A stretch of DNA of 64,000 bases, taken from the NCBI GenBank assembly GCA_031261715.1, contig JAISJB010000005.1, positions 26,651 to 90,650 on the forward strand. Direction: 5' to 3'. Positions 41,413 through 51,744 of the stretch are shown here, one piece after another. The notes under the pieces were generated by a model. The model did not search any database and was not told the origin of the DNA. It saw nothing but the letters and a program-made list of their open reading frames with translations. The DNA comes from Endomicrobium sp. (GTDB lineage: Bacteria; Elusimicrobiota; Endomicrobiia; Endomicrobiales; Endomicrobiaceae). Position numbers and translations under genes: made by a program. Position 1 is the stretch's first letter. Each line of letters opens with the position of its first letter.

Positions 41413-41442
41413 ATTTTATATTATTTTAGTAAATTTTTGCAA
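41413..41442 (-). promoter_or_regulatory. Candidate sigma70 promoter of the lipoprotein gene
   Basis: TTGCAA-18 bp-TAAAAT on the minus strand. Confidence 0.4.
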
Positions 41443-41444
41443 AT

Positions 41445-42770
41445 TTAATAGTAATCATGACTTTGTGAATATATAGAACGTAAAATACCTACTGCACATA
41501 ATGATGAAACCATAGAAGAGCCTCCATACGAAATCAACAATAATGGCATACCAGTGACAGGCATTAATCCCATTGTCATTCCTATATTAATAACAGCATA
41601 AAACATAAACATAGTTGCAAAACCTATTGCAACAAGAGAGCCATAGAGATCTTTAGATTCTTTTGCTATCAGTAAAATTCTCCAAATAAAAATTAAGTAA
41701 AATATTATAGTACATTGTGCCATTATCCATCCACCTTCTTCTCCTATTAATGAAAAAATAAAATCTGTATGTTGCTCTGGAAGAAACCCCAATTGAGTTT
41801 GTGTTCCACGTCTTAGGCCTTTACCTACAAATTGCCCAGATCCTATAGCTATTTTTGATTGTATTATGTTATAGCCAAATCCTTTAGAATCTATCTTAGG
41901 ATTCAAAAAGACAATAAATCTTTTTTTTTGGTAATTTTTCAACGAATTATCCACTGGAATAGCAAGAATATTGCCAAGTATAAATGTACAACCTAAAATA
42001 ATAGGATAACTAATAGAAAACTTTATTTTTAATTTATGTAAAACCCACCATATTATTAGCAATAATATGAAAATAATTAAAGCTGTAACAAGTCTTACAT
42101 TAATATTTTGACAAAAGGTTAATACATTAGTTAATAGTGTATTTTTATTAAAATGTTCTACGTACATTAAAGTAAAAGTTTTTAATAAAGGAATTCCTAT
42201 TGTTATCACTACTAATAGTACTATACATAATAAATAAAAGCATTTTACACCGATAACAAAGAATAAAATCATCATTATTGGGAAATAGGATAATGTTGAT
42301 GAAAAATCTGGCTGTAACATTATTAACATTACATGTCCAGATAGTAACATAAGACTTATAATTAAAAAATATATGTGATTTGCCTGTTTCCAATTCTTAT
42401 CAAAGAAAGCAGAAATAGCTAAAATAAACATTATTTTAGCTATTTCAACTGGTTGTAAGGAAATCAATCCAAGGTTTAACCAGCCTTTTGTCCCTCGTTT
42501 AAGCGTTCCAAATATAAGAACTGAACATAGTAAGAGAAGTGATATTATATAAATTAATACAGAAAATTTCTTATACATTTGATAATGACATTTCGAAAGA
42601 AAAAAACAGGCTAAAGAGCCTAACAAACATGATATTAATTGAGTTACAAAATATTTTACTGTTTCATATTTTGTACAAGCAGAATAAACTGAAATAAGAC
42701 CTATTCCAATTAAGACAATAAGCGGTATAAAAAATTTCCAATCTAATTTATATAAAGTTTTATTAATCAT
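41445..42770 (-). CDS. rodA: Rod shape-determining protein RodA
   Basis: LQPVEIAK, LQPDF, GYNIIQSKIAIGSG, FLPEQHTDFIF, ISYGGSS. Confidence 0.96.
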   Translation of the reverse strand: MINKTLYKLDWKFFIPLIVLIGIGLISVYSACTKYETVKYFVTQLISCLLGSLACFFLSKCHYQMYKKFSVLIYIISLLLLCSVLIFGTLKRGTKGWLNLGLISLQPVEIAKIMFILAISAFFDKNWKQANHIYFLIISLMLLSGHVMLIMLQPDFSSTLSYFPIMMILFFVIGVKCFYLLCIVLLVVITIGIPLLKTFTLMYVEHFNKNTLLTNVLTFCQNINVRLVTALIIFILLLIIWWVLHKLKIKFSISYPIILGCTFILGNILAIPVDNSLKNYQKKRFIVFLNPKIDSKGFGYNIIQSKIAIGSGQFVGKGLRRGTQTQLGFLPEQHTDFIFSLIGEEGGWIMAQCTIIFYLIFIWRILLIAKESKDLYGSLVAIGFATMFMFYAVINIGMTMGLMPVTGMPLLLISYGGSSMVSSLCAVGILRSIYSQSHDYY

Positions 42771-44488
42771 TTTAGTTTAAAGTAACTTTTATAAATTTGT
42801 TTACTTATTGGAACAGCATTTGTTCCACCACTACCACCATTTTCTACTATTACTGCAATTGCAATTTCAGGATTATTAACTGGCGCATATGAAACAAACC
42901 ATGCATGTGGCTTACCACGACTATTTTGAGCTGTTCCTGTTTTACCAGCTATTTTTACTGAGTTTAACTTACATTTAATGCCTGTCCCATGTTCTACAAC
43001 TTCAAATAATGCTTTTTGTATTAATTGCAATGTTGTTCTTGATAAATCTATCTGTTTATATTTTTTAATATGCTTATATATTATTTTACCATTATGAATA
43101 ATTCTATCTACACTATATGGTTGATAAAATATACCATTATTTGCTATGCCAGACATTATATAAGCCATTTGTAATACAGTGACGCCTAATGCCCCTTGAC
43201 CTACTGCAAATATAGCTGTATCTCCTTGAAACCATGAAGTATGTAATTTATTATATTTCCATGTAGGAGTAGGAATAAAACCTCTTTTTTCGTTTGGCAA
43301 ATCTATTCCAGTTTTACTGTTAATAAAAAACATTTTTGCATATTTAATAAGCGTGTTAATGCTAAGTTGAACACCTAATTGATAAAAATATACATTGCAT
43401 GACAATGCAATAGCATCTATTAAATTTACCTTACCGTGTCCAGACTTATACCAACACAAATAATGCCTATTGCCTAATTTAAAGTAACCAGGGCAGTGTA
43501 TTATGTCAGATTTATTAATATTTAATGCTTCCATAGCAGCTATTAATGTAATAATTTTAAATATTGAGCCTGGAGAATAAATTCCTTGTATTGCTCTATT
43601 AAAAAAAGGAGCACTTTTATCTAAACAATATTTGTTAAATTGGTTAGTACTCATTTTATTTATATTAAATCCTGGAGATGATACAAGAACTTTTATAGCT
43701 CCAGTTTTAATGTCTAACACTACAACTGCTCCCCTACCAGTAGAACTTTGCTTTAAGGCATTGTACGCAACTTTCTGCAGAGATATATCTATGGTTGAAT
43801 ATACATCAGCTCCAATTGTTGGTGGAATATATTTAAATACTTTAGTTTGTAACCCTTTTGCATTTACTTCAATTTGTAGTTGTCCATTTGTTCCCTTTAA
43901 ATAATCATTATAAGATTGTTCTATTCCTCCTCTACCAACATAGTCTCCAATATTATTATAACCTAGTTGTAATTCATTACGTTTTATTTCACTTATGTAT
44001 CCTATTATATGACTTATAGCTTTTGGATTATGATATATTCTATGCGCTTCTTTTAATACCATAAAATTATTTGGATTAGCTTTTCTTTCCAATATCTTTA
44101 ATACTTCTGCCATTGAAAGATTATATGTGAATTTAGTAAATATATTATTAGTAGAATACAAGTTAATTTCATTTTCTAAAAAGTCATTAAGTTTATTTAT
44201 TAACTTATTTTGATTTTGTTGAGTATAAAATAGAATAGCATAGGTAAATTTATTTTCTGCTAGTACAACATTATCTGCAGAATAAATAATGCCACGTGGA
44301 GCGTGCTCATATCTACTAAATATTCTTTGTCTTTCTGAGATTATTACGTATTGCTTTCCTTTTATAATTTGTAGAAAAAATAAACGAATAGACAGTAATA
44401 TAAATAATATTATAAATAAAACAAATATAAAATTATATTTGTTAATAAAATTTTTATAATAAATTTGCTCGTCAGAATTTCTCCACAT
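42767..44488 (-). CDS. mrdA: Penicillin-binding protein 2
   Basis: APRGII, PGSIFK (SxxK), SCNVYF (SxN), AGKTGTAQ, HAWF. Confidence 0.96.
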   Translation of the reverse strand: MWRNSDEQIYYKNFINKYNFIFVLFIILFILLSIRLFFLQIIKGKQYVIISERQRIFSRYEHAPRGIIYSADNVVLAENKFTYAILFYTQQNQNKLINKLNDFLENEINLYSTNNIFTKFTYNLSMAEVLKILERKANPNNFMVLKEAHRIYHNPKAISHIIGYISEIKRNELQLGYNNIGDYVGRGGIEQSYNDYLKGTNGQLQIEVNAKGLQTKVFKYIPPTIGADVYSTIDISLQKVAYNALKQSSTGRGAVVVLDIKTGAIKVLVSSPGFNINKMSTNQFNKYCLDKSAPFFNRAIQGIYSPGSIFKIITLIAAMEALNINKSDIIHCPGYFKLGNRHYLCWYKSGHGKVNLIDAIALSCNVYFYQLGVQLSINTLIKYAKMFFINSKTGIDLPNEKRGFIPTPTWKYNKLHTSWFQGDTAIFAVGQGALGVTVLQMAYIMSGIANNGIFYQPYSVDRIIHNGKIIYKHIKKYKQIDLSRTTLQLIQKALFEVVEHGTGIKCKLNSVKIAGKTGTAQNSRGKPHAWFVSYAPVNNPEIAIAVIVENGGSGGTNAVPISKQIYKSYFKLK

Positions 44489-44495
44489 ATCTGTT

Positions 44496-44999
44496 TTATT
44501 TATTAAGCATTTTGTTTAAACAAGCTAAAAATTTGAATATTATAGGAGTTGTAACAATAGTTATACCAGTTGACATTAACATGCTATAAGGATGATATGT
44601 TAATGTAAAAATCATAGTTTGTTTATATTTGTATAAGAAAAGAAAATGCATAGTATTTATAATAATATAATATACAAGACTTTCTAATAAGATAGCAATA
44701 ATTTGTATTATAATATTTTCACTATCAAAATTTATGAGTAATTTGCCACAACTATAACCTAAGATAGTAAATGTCATTGCTTTTAAACCAAAAATGTCTA
44801 TTGAAATAACATCAAGTATGATTCCTAATATAAAACCAATTATCTCAGCTTGTAATGCTCCCTTTTTTAAAGCAATATACACAATCATAATTAATACTAT
44901 ATTTGGTAAATATTTAGATATATTATATTTACCTAAGTAAAATTGTGTATAACAAAGAACTATATATATTAAATAATCATAGATTACTACATTTCTCAT
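44496..44999 (-). CDS. mreD: Rod shape-determining protein MreD
   Basis: Hydrophobic; PNIVL, GFILGIILD, FGLKA; synteny. Confidence 0.9.
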   Translation of the reverse strand: MRNVVIYDYLIYIVLCYTQFYLGKYNISKYLPNIVLIMIVYIALKKGALQAEIIGFILGIILDVISIDIFGLKAMTFTILGYSCGKLLINFDSENIIIQIIAILLESLVYYIIINTMHFLFLYKYKQTMIFTLTYHPYSMLMSTGITIVTTPIIFKFLACLNKMLNK

Positions 45000-45819
45000 T
45001 GTTTACTTGTTTTAATGGAAAGCAAATAATTGCCTTATAGATAACATTATTATCAAAACAAACTTTTGCTACAGCAGTTTTGAAATTATCTCCAGGTATT
45101 GCTTGTAATACTTTTATAATAATTCCAACTAGAATATCTCTTTGAAAAGTAACACTAAGTGGACTAACTATAACTCTATCTCCACATTTTACATTGGCAT
45201 CTTTAGGAATATATGTTATTTTCAATAAATTTGAATTTGTTCCCTCAGCCAAACAGTGTATGTCCTTATTTTTAATCATTACAGGAAGCATATATAAGGC
45301 TTTTGTTATAAGAATAACTTTTGATGATGTTTGATATATTTCATCAATTTTACCCATAGCACATAATGCATTTTCTTGTTTGTTAAATATTACTACAGGT
45401 AATCCATTGTATAATCCATGATCTATTCCTTTATTTAGAATAATAGATTTATACCATTCATTACAATCTCTAACATAAATATGTGCAAAAGTTGATACAA
45501 TATTATGTCTTTCTTTTAAATGTAATAGTGTCCGTAGATTCTCATATTCTTGATATATACTATTAAAACTACGTAACCTATCAAGTAATTGTTGATTTTT
45601 TATTTTATATTTAGTGTTTTCTTGACGTAATGCCACAATGCTATGCATATTAAGTAAATCATTTTTTTTAAATGAGTAATTTATTGTTGCATAAATAATC
45701 TTATACAATGTTTTACGGACTAAAATAACTAATTGTGTTTCTTTGTAGCTTATAAAATAAAAACAAATTGTGAGTATAAAAATAAAAATAACATTTTCAT
45801 CTTTATACTTTTTAAACAT
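44977..45819 (-). CDS. mreC: Rod shape-determining protein MreC
   Basis: TM and coiled coil (LRQEN, ENLRTLL), IILNKG, synteny. Confidence 0.92.
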   Translation of the reverse strand: MFKKYKDENVIFIFILTICFYFISYKETQLVILVRKTLYKIIYATINYSFKKNDLLNMHSIVALRQENTKYKIKNQQLLDRLRSFNSIYQEYENLRTLLHLKERHNIVSTFAHIYVRDCNEWYKSIILNKGIDHGLYNGLPVVIFNKQENALCAMGKIDEIYQTSSKVILITKALYMLPVMIKNKDIHCLAEGTNSNLLKITYIPKDANVKCGDRVIVSPLSVTFQRDILVGIIIKVLQAIPGDNFKTAVAKVCFDNNVIYKAIICFPLKQVNNEKCSNL

Positions 45820-45835
45820 ATGAAATTTATTTTAT

Positions 45836-46879
45836 TTAGATTGCACTTCTTATTCCAAATAATTTTTTATATTTTTTAATATTATCTAACTCTTCTAAAT
45901 ATGCACCTGTCCCTTTTACAACACAAGTCAGTGGATCTTCAGCACAACTTACTGGCAATTTAGTTTCTTGTGATATCAAAGTTGACAAGCCTTTGACCAA
46001 TGAGCCTCCACCACTTAATGTTATGCCACGATCTATAAGATCTGCTGCTAATTCTGGAGGTGTCTCTTCTAGAACGTCTTTAACTATTTCTACTATTTTT
46101 CTAACAGGATCTGATAAAGCATTTCTTACTTCTTCTGATGTAACAGAAATTGTTTGAGGTAGACCTGTCAATAATCCTCTGCCCTTTACATTCATAGAAG
46201 CTTCTTTATTAATAGAACAAACAGACCCAATTTTAATTTTTACTTCTTCTGCAGTATTTTCACCTATAGTGAGATTATATTTTTTTCTAAAGTATTGTAC
46301 TACTGCTTCATCCATTTTATCGCCCGCTATCTCAAGAGATTTTGCTACAACCATACCTCCTAACGAAACTACAGCTACCTCAGTAGTTCCACCTCCTATA
46401 TCTACTATCATGTTGCCTCTTGGTTCTTGTACTTGTATACCAGCGCCAATAGCAGCTGCCATAGGCTCATCGATAAGATAAACTTCTCTAGCTCCTGCCT
46501 GTTCTGCAGACTCTTTAACTGCTCTTCTCTCAACTTCAGTAATTCCAGATGGAACTCCGATAACAATTCTAGGATGCAAAAGAGTTCTTTTTCTATGAAC
46601 TTTTTTTATAAAATATCTGATCATTTTTTCTGTTGCTTCAAAATCTGCAATAACTCCATTGCGTAATGGGCGTATTGCAATAATATTAGATGGAGTTTTA
46701 CCAAGCATTTTTTTTGCTTCCATTCCAATAGCTAGTACTCTCTTTGTTGTACGTTCCATTGCTACAACAGATGGTTCGCGAAGCACGATATCTTGCCCTT
46801 TAACAAAAACAAGAACTGAAGCTGTTCCAAGATCAATACCCATATCATTTGAAAATAAACTAAAAATATAATTAAACAT
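45836..46879 (-). CDS. mreB: Actin-like protein MreB
   Basis: [37 protein letters not shown]. Confidence 0.98.
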   Translation of the reverse strand: MFNYIFSLFSNDMGIDLGTASVLVFVKGQDIVLREPSVVAMERTTKRVLAIGMEAKKMLGKTPSNIIAIRPLRNGVIADFEATEKMIRYFIKKVHRKRTLLHPRIVIGVPSGITEVERRAVKESAEQAGAREVYLIDEPMAAAIGAGIQVQEPRGNMIVDIGGGTTEVAVVSLGGMVVAKSLEIAGDKMDEAVVQYFRKKYNLTIGENTAEEVKIKIGSVCSINKEASMNVKGRGLLTGLPQTISVTSEEVRNALSDPVRKIVEIVKDVLEETPPELAADLIDRGITLSGGGSLVKGLSTLISQETKLPVSCAEDPLTCVVKGTGAYLEELDNIKKYKKLFGIRSAI

Positions 46880-46886
46880 ATAAAAA

Positions 46887-47243
46887 CTACTTAATTAAAC
46901 TAACAACAACTAATTGGGCTGAATCTCCACGTCTAGTTTCACTTCTTACTATCTTGATATAACCTCCATCTCTTGTTTCGTATCTTGGCACTAATACTGT
47001 AAAAATTTTTTTCATAAGCTGTTTATTATTATTTAATTTTTTTGTGACAAGTCTTATAGCTTGTAAATTGTTTTTTTTCGCTCTTGTTATAATTTTTTCT
47101 GAATATTTCAAAAGTTCTTTAGCTTTAGATAATGTAGTAACAATTTGTTCGTGTTGTAATAATGCAACAGATAAATTTATCACTAAGGCTTTTTTATGTG
47201 AACTTGTAATACCCAACTTACTTCCATTATAAGTTTTTATCAT
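46887..47243 (-). CDS. rplQ: 50S ribosomal protein L17
   Basis: [32 protein letters not shown]. Confidence 0.96.
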   Translation of the reverse strand: MIKTYNGSKLGITSSHKKALVINLSVALLQHEQIVTTLSKAKELLKYSEKIITRAKKNNLQAIRLVTKKLNNNKQLMKKIFTVLVPRYETRDGGYIKIVRSETRRGDSAQLVVVSLIK

Positions 47244-47252
47244 TATGGTTTA

Positions 47253-48230
47253 TTAGTTAACCTCCTGTTTAAGAGATAAATTCAACTTATTAAGTATAGT
47301 TTCTATTTCTTCTACTGCAAATTTTCCAATATTATGTACTGCCATAATATCTTGTTTTGTCAGTTTGATAAGTTGTTCGATAGTATAAATATCTGCATTG
47401 TTTAAATTTGTTATAATTCTTTTTGATAATTTTATACTATTTATTGGTTGTTTCAATAATTCGTTAAATTCATCAATATTATTTTGATTACTATCGTTTG
47501 TTATTTTATTACTATTATCAATCTCAACAAATTTGTTATCATCAAAAAAAATATTTAAATTATCTATCAATATTCTAGCTGAATTTATTAAAGCTTCTTT
47601 CGGCGTTATAGAACCATCAGTAAAAATCTCAATTATGATCTCATCATAATTAAGATTATGCCCTATTCGTGTATTATTAACTTCATAATTTACTTTAATT
47701 ATAGGAGAAAACATTGCATCTAATTGAATGATTCCAATTTCTTGATTAACATCATTTATTTCTTCGGCTATAACGTATCCTTTACCATATGAAACAGTTA
47801 AACTCATTTCTATAACTGTGCTATGATCAACATTAGCAATTTCTTGATCTGGATTCATTATTTCAATATTATTATTTAATTCAATGTCTTTAGCAATTAC
47901 TTTTCCAACTTTGTTAATGTGTAAGTAAATGTGTTCTGTCTTTGTTTGATCATGTAATTTAAATCTTATTTTTTTTAAATTTAAAATAACCTGAGTTACA
48001 TCTTCTTTAATCCCTTGTAAAACTGAAAATTCATGTAGCGCTCCTGTAATTTTTACTGATGTAATTACTGCTCCTCCAATACTTGACAAAAGAATTCTTC
48101 TTAATGAATTTCCTATTGTATGTCCATAACCACGTTCTAACGGACCAATCTTAAAATATCCATAAAACTTAGTACTAGTTGATTTGTCTAATATAACTTT
48201 ACATAAATCAATCAAATTTTGAGATCCCAT
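47253..48230 (-). CDS. rpoA: RNA polymerase alpha subunit
   Basis: PLERGYGHTIGNSLRRILLSSI, HEFS, EDV..ILNLK, DAMFSP, TDGSITP. Confidence 0.98.
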   Translation of the reverse strand: MGSQNLIDLCKVILDKSTSTKFYGYFKIGPLERGYGHTIGNSLRRILLSSIGGAVITSVKITGALHEFSVLQGIKEDVTQVILNLKKIRFKLHDQTKTEHIYLHINKVGKVIAKDIELNNNIEIMNPDQEIANVDHSTVIEMSLTVSYGKGYVIAEEINDVNQEIGIIQLDAMFSPIIKVNYEVNNTRIGHNLNYDEIIIEIFTDGSITPKEALINSARILIDNLNIFFDDNKFVEIDNSNKITNDSNQNNIDEFNELLKQPINSIKLSKRIITNLNNADIYTIEQLIKLTKQDIMAVHNIGKFAVEEIETILNKLNLSLKQEVN

Positions 48231-48274
48231 TTTATATTCCTCATAAAAAACTAATTAAAAATCTGTTTAAAAAA

Positions 48275-48904
48275 TTATTTTGAATAGTATTCGACTATTA
48301 GCTTACTATTTATAGCATTTAAAAGTTCATCCAACGATGGTTCACTAATAACTGTCCCAACTAAATTAGTTGCGTCGTAACTTAACCATGATGGTATGTT
48401 AGATGTATGTATCTCGCTAGCATTTTTCATAGCAATTGGTTTATATTTTTCACGAAGTGTAATGACATCCCCTACTTTAACTTGATAACTTGGAATATCT
48501 AGTCTTTTACCATTAACTAATATTTGACCATGGTTTACAATTTGTCTAGCCATTCTTTTAGATAAAGCAAATTTAAGTTTAAAAACTACATTATCAAGTC
48601 TTGACTCAAGTAATTTGAGTAAATTATTACCTGTAGCGCCATGCATTTTTTCTGCTTTTTTATAGTAGTTACTAAATTGATGTTCAGTTACTCCATAAAG
48701 TCTTTTTGTTTTTTGTTTTTCACGTAAATGTAGTGCATAATCAGATATCTTATTACGAAAAAACATATTATGTTGACCAGGTACTGTTTTTCCTTTACTC
48801 TTATTCATAACACAAGTTGATGTGGAACAACGCTTTCCTTTAAGAAAAAGTTTTTCTCTTTCTCTACGACATAACTTACATATAGCTCCTAAGTAGCGTG
48901 ACAT
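48275..48904 (-). CDS. rpsD: 30S ribosomal protein S4 (Zn-binding type)
   Basis: MSRYLG..CKLCRRE, LREKQK, LESRLDNVV, LIVEYYSK. Confidence 0.98.
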   Translation of the reverse strand: MSRYLGAICKLCRREREKLFLKGKRCSTSTCVMNKSKGKTVPGQHNMFFRNKISDYALHLREKQKTKRLYGVTEHQFSNYYKKAEKMHGATGNNLLKLLESRLDNVVFKLKFALSKRMARQIVNHGQILVNGKRLDIPSYQVKVGDVITLREKYKPIAMKNASEIHTSNIPSWLSYDATNLVGTVISEPSLDELLNAINSKLIVEYYSK

Positions 48905-48973
48905 ACAGCAACCCCTCCAATGAATTTATCTGTTTAAAACTCATCCTTGTAAAAAAAATGTAAAACTAGATTG

Positions 48974-49381
48974 TTAAACTCTTCTTAACTTAGGAGGTCT
49001 ACAACCATTATGTGGCAATGGAGTAATATCTTTAATAGATATTATAGAAAGACCTGCACCTTGTAAACCTCTTATTGCTGTTTCTCTTCCAGGACCAGGA
49101 CCATTCACAAAAACTACGATTTGTTTTATACCCAAATCTAAAGCTTTTTTGCCAACTGATGATGCTGTCATTTGTGCAGCAAATGGTGTACCCTTTTTCG
49201 TCCCTTTAAATCCAGATGTGCCAGCAGAACTCCATGTTAATGTATTTCCTATATTATCTGTTATACTAATTATAGTGTTATTAAATGTTGATAATATATA
49301 AGCTCTAGCTATACCTGTAATATATGCTTTCTTTTTACGTTTTAGTTTAATTTTAGATTTATCAATTTTTTTATCTATCAT
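48974..49381 (-). CDS. rpsK: 30S ribosomal protein S11
   Basis: [34 protein letters not shown]. Confidence 0.98.
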   Translation of the reverse strand: MIDKKIDKSKIKLKRKKKAYITGIARAYILSTFNNTIISITDNIGNTLTWSSAGTSGFKGTKKGTPFAAQMTASSVGKKALDLGIKQIVVFVNGPGPGRETAIRGLQGAGLSIISIKDITPLPHNGCRPPKLRRV

Positions 49382-49432
49382 TTTATTTCCTCATTAACTA
49401 ACTATAATTAATACTTCTTATTTGTACTAAAT

Positions 49433-49834
49433 TTAATTTTTTTTACTTCTATTGAATGTTTGCAAAGCAGCTTTCCCAGCACCTATAGTTTGTCTTTTGC
49501 CCCGTCGCGTACGAGCATTAGTTTTAGAACGTTGTCCCCTAACAGGTAAATGTTTTCTATGACGTAAGCCTCTATAGCTTCCTATATTGATTAATCTTTT
49601 AATATTTGTCTGTATGTCTCTTCTTAAATCTCCTTCTACCTTAAAGTTCTTAATAATAAAATCATTTATTTTATTCACTTCTTCATCAGTTAGATCTTTG
49701 ACTTTTTTCATAGAATTTATAGAAAGTTTCTTAATGATTTCATTAGATATTACCGGACCTATACCATATACACATCTTAATGCTATATCAATCGTTTTAT
49801 GTTTTGGTAAATCAATACCAGATATACGAGCCAT
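49433..49834 (-). CDS. rpsM: 30S ribosomal protein S13
   Basis: MARISGIDLP, YGIG, YRGLRH, PVRGQRSKTNARTR; SD AGGAGG. Confidence 0.98.
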   Translation of the reverse strand: MARISGIDLPKHKTIDIALRCVYGIGPVISNEIIKKLSINSMKKVKDLTDEEVNKINDFIIKNFKVEGDLRRDIQTNIKRLINIGSYRGLRHRKHLPVRGQRSKTNARTRRGKRQTIGAGKAALQTFNRSKKN

Positions 49835-49864
49835 TAACAATTGTCCTCCTTACAAATTATAAAA

Positions 49865-49978
49865 CTATCCTTGTCTTTGTTTGTGTTTTGGATGTACACA
49901 AACAACTCTCACAACACCTTTACGCTTTATTATTTGACATTTTTGACATATTTTCTTCACAGATGCTCTAACTTTCAT
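49865..49978 (-). CDS. rpmJ: 50S ribosomal protein L36 (Zn type)
   Basis: Not in ORF track; manual translation [37 protein letters not shown]. Confidence 0.98.
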   Translation of the reverse strand: MKVRASVKKICQKCQIIKRKGVVRVVCVHPKHKQRQG

Positions 49979-50026
49979 ATTCAATAATACCTCTTTTCAG
50001 TTCACTAAATTGAAACTTTATAATAA

Positions 50027-50251
50027 TCATTTATCTCTATAAATTATTCTACCTCTTTTTAAGTCATAAGGAGACAATTCTATTTTAACTTTATCTCCGG
50101 GAAGAATTTTAATATAATTCATTTTCATTTTACCACATATATGTGCTAAAACAGTGTATGGTTCATTTTCAATAATTTTGACATTAAACATAGCGTTTGG
50201 TAATGCCTGACTAATAATTCCATCTACAATAATTCTATCTTTTTTTTTCAC
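50027..50251 (-). CDS. infA: Translation initiation factor IF-1
   Basis: [33 protein letters not shown]; GTG start. Confidence 0.98.
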   Translation of the reverse strand: MKKKDRIIVDGIISQALPNAMFNVKIIENEPYTVLAHICGKMKMNYIKILPGDKVKIELSPYDLKRGRIIYRDK

Positions 50252-50288
50252 TATTTATTTTATAACTCGCTTTTTTATTTATATAAGT

Positions 50289-51101
50289 TTATATTTCAGT
50301 TAAAATTTCATATCCATGCTCAGTAACAAGAACAGTATGTTCAAAATGAGCACTTAAACTTCCATCCTTTGTTAACACAGTCCAGTTATCATCAGCTATA
50401 TAAGTTTCATGACTACCAATATTGACCATTGGTTCAATTGATAGTACCATTCCAGATAATAATTTAATTCCTGTTCCACTTCGTCCGAAATTTGGAATTT
50501 TTGGTTCTTCATGTAGAGCTTTGCCTATGCCATGACCAACAAAATTTCTTACTACAGAAAAGCCGTTGCTTTCTACAGTATGTTGAATTGCATATGATAC
50601 ATTGCCAAGGTATGTACCAGAATAAATTTGACTAATGCCATTGTACAATGATAATTTAGTTATCTTAATAAGTTTAGAAGCTTCTTCAGATACTGATCCA
50701 ACTGCATATGTTCTTGCAGCATCACTATAATATCCATCAAATATAACTCCTATATCAATAGATACTATATCGCCAAATTGTAATTTATGTAAAGAGTTGG
50801 GAATTCCATGTACTACTTCATTGTTCACAGATACACAAACAGATGCAGGAAACGTAGTAGACATTCCTGGTGCTCCTAAAAATGCTGGTACCATACCATA
50901 TTCTCTTATAGCTTTTTCTGTAAAAATATCTATATCTTTTGTAGTTACACCAGGAGTTATTATCTTTTCAATTTTTTGCAAAATCTTATAAGTAGCATGT
51001 CCTGCAGTTCGCATTTTATCTATTTCTTGTTGTGTTTTTAGTTTAATTTTTATACTTGGTTTATTTTGTAAAATAATGTTATTCTCCTTTTCAAGGTTCA
51101 T
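50289..51101 (-). CDS. map: Methionine aminopeptidase
   Basis: SVNNEVVHGIP, DIG, DAART, GHGIG, IEPM, SAHFEHT. Confidence 0.98.
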   Translation of the reverse strand: MNLEKENNIILQNKPSIKIKLKTQQEIDKMRTAGHATYKILQKIEKIITPGVTTKDIDIFTEKAIREYGMVPAFLGAPGMSTTFPASVCVSVNNEVVHGIPNSLHKLQFGDIVSIDIGVIFDGYYSDAARTYAVGSVSEEASKLIKITKLSLYNGISQIYSGTYLGNVSYAIQHTVESNGFSVVRNFVGHGIGKALHEEPKIPNFGRSGTGIKLLSGMVLSIEPMVNIGSHETYIADDNWTVLTKDGSLSAHFEHTVLVTEHGYEILTEI

Positions 51102-51108
51102 GATTTTG

Positions 51109-51744
51109 TTATAAATGTTTAGTTATTTGATTAAAAACATCGTTTTCATCTTTAGACCCATTGATATAAATTACATCAATGTTAGATTGATTATCATAAT
51201 ATTCTATCAATGGTTTAGTCTGTTTCTCATAAATTTGAAATCTGTTTTTTATAATGTTTACTTGATCATCAGATCTTTTAGAAAGAATATTATTACAATA
51301 TGTACATTTAATTATGTTATTACTTTGTTTATAGTTTGCACCACACATAGTACAGACTCTTCTCCCAAGAAGTCTATTTATTGACTCATCATAATTTAAA
51401 GTCATTATATAAACTACATTAATAGTAATACCTTCCATTACAAATATCTTAGACATATTTTTTGCTTGGGTTAATGTTCTAGGAAAACCATCTAAAAGGA
51501 TACCAGTCTTTTTGACAGTTATAATATTATTTCTAATATATTTACTGATTAAATCAACTACTTGCGTATCAGGAACTAGATTTCCTGATGTTATAAGCTC
51601 TTTAAGATTATTATCATGTTGAGCAAGTTGTCTGAATATAGAACCTGTAGATAAATGAAGTAAATGAAATTGCTCAGTAAGTTTTTTTGCTTGAGTGCCT
51701 TTACCTGACCCAGGAGGGCCTATAAGAATATAATTTTTAATCAT
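51109..51744 (-). CDS. adk: Adenylate kinase
   Basis: GPPGSGKGTQA, LDGFPRT, Zn-LID CxxC...CxxC, RSDD. Confidence 0.97.
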   Translation of the reverse strand: MIKNYILIGPPGSGKGTQAKKLTEQFHLLHLSTGSIFRQLAQHDNNLKELITSGNLVPDTQVVDLISKYIRNNIITVKKTGILLDGFPRTLTQAKNMSKIFVMEGITINVVYIMTLNYDESINRLLGRRVCTMCGANYKQSNNIIKCTYCNNILSKRSDDQVNIIKNRFQIYEKQTKPLIEYYDNQSNIDVIYINGSKDENDVFNQITKHL

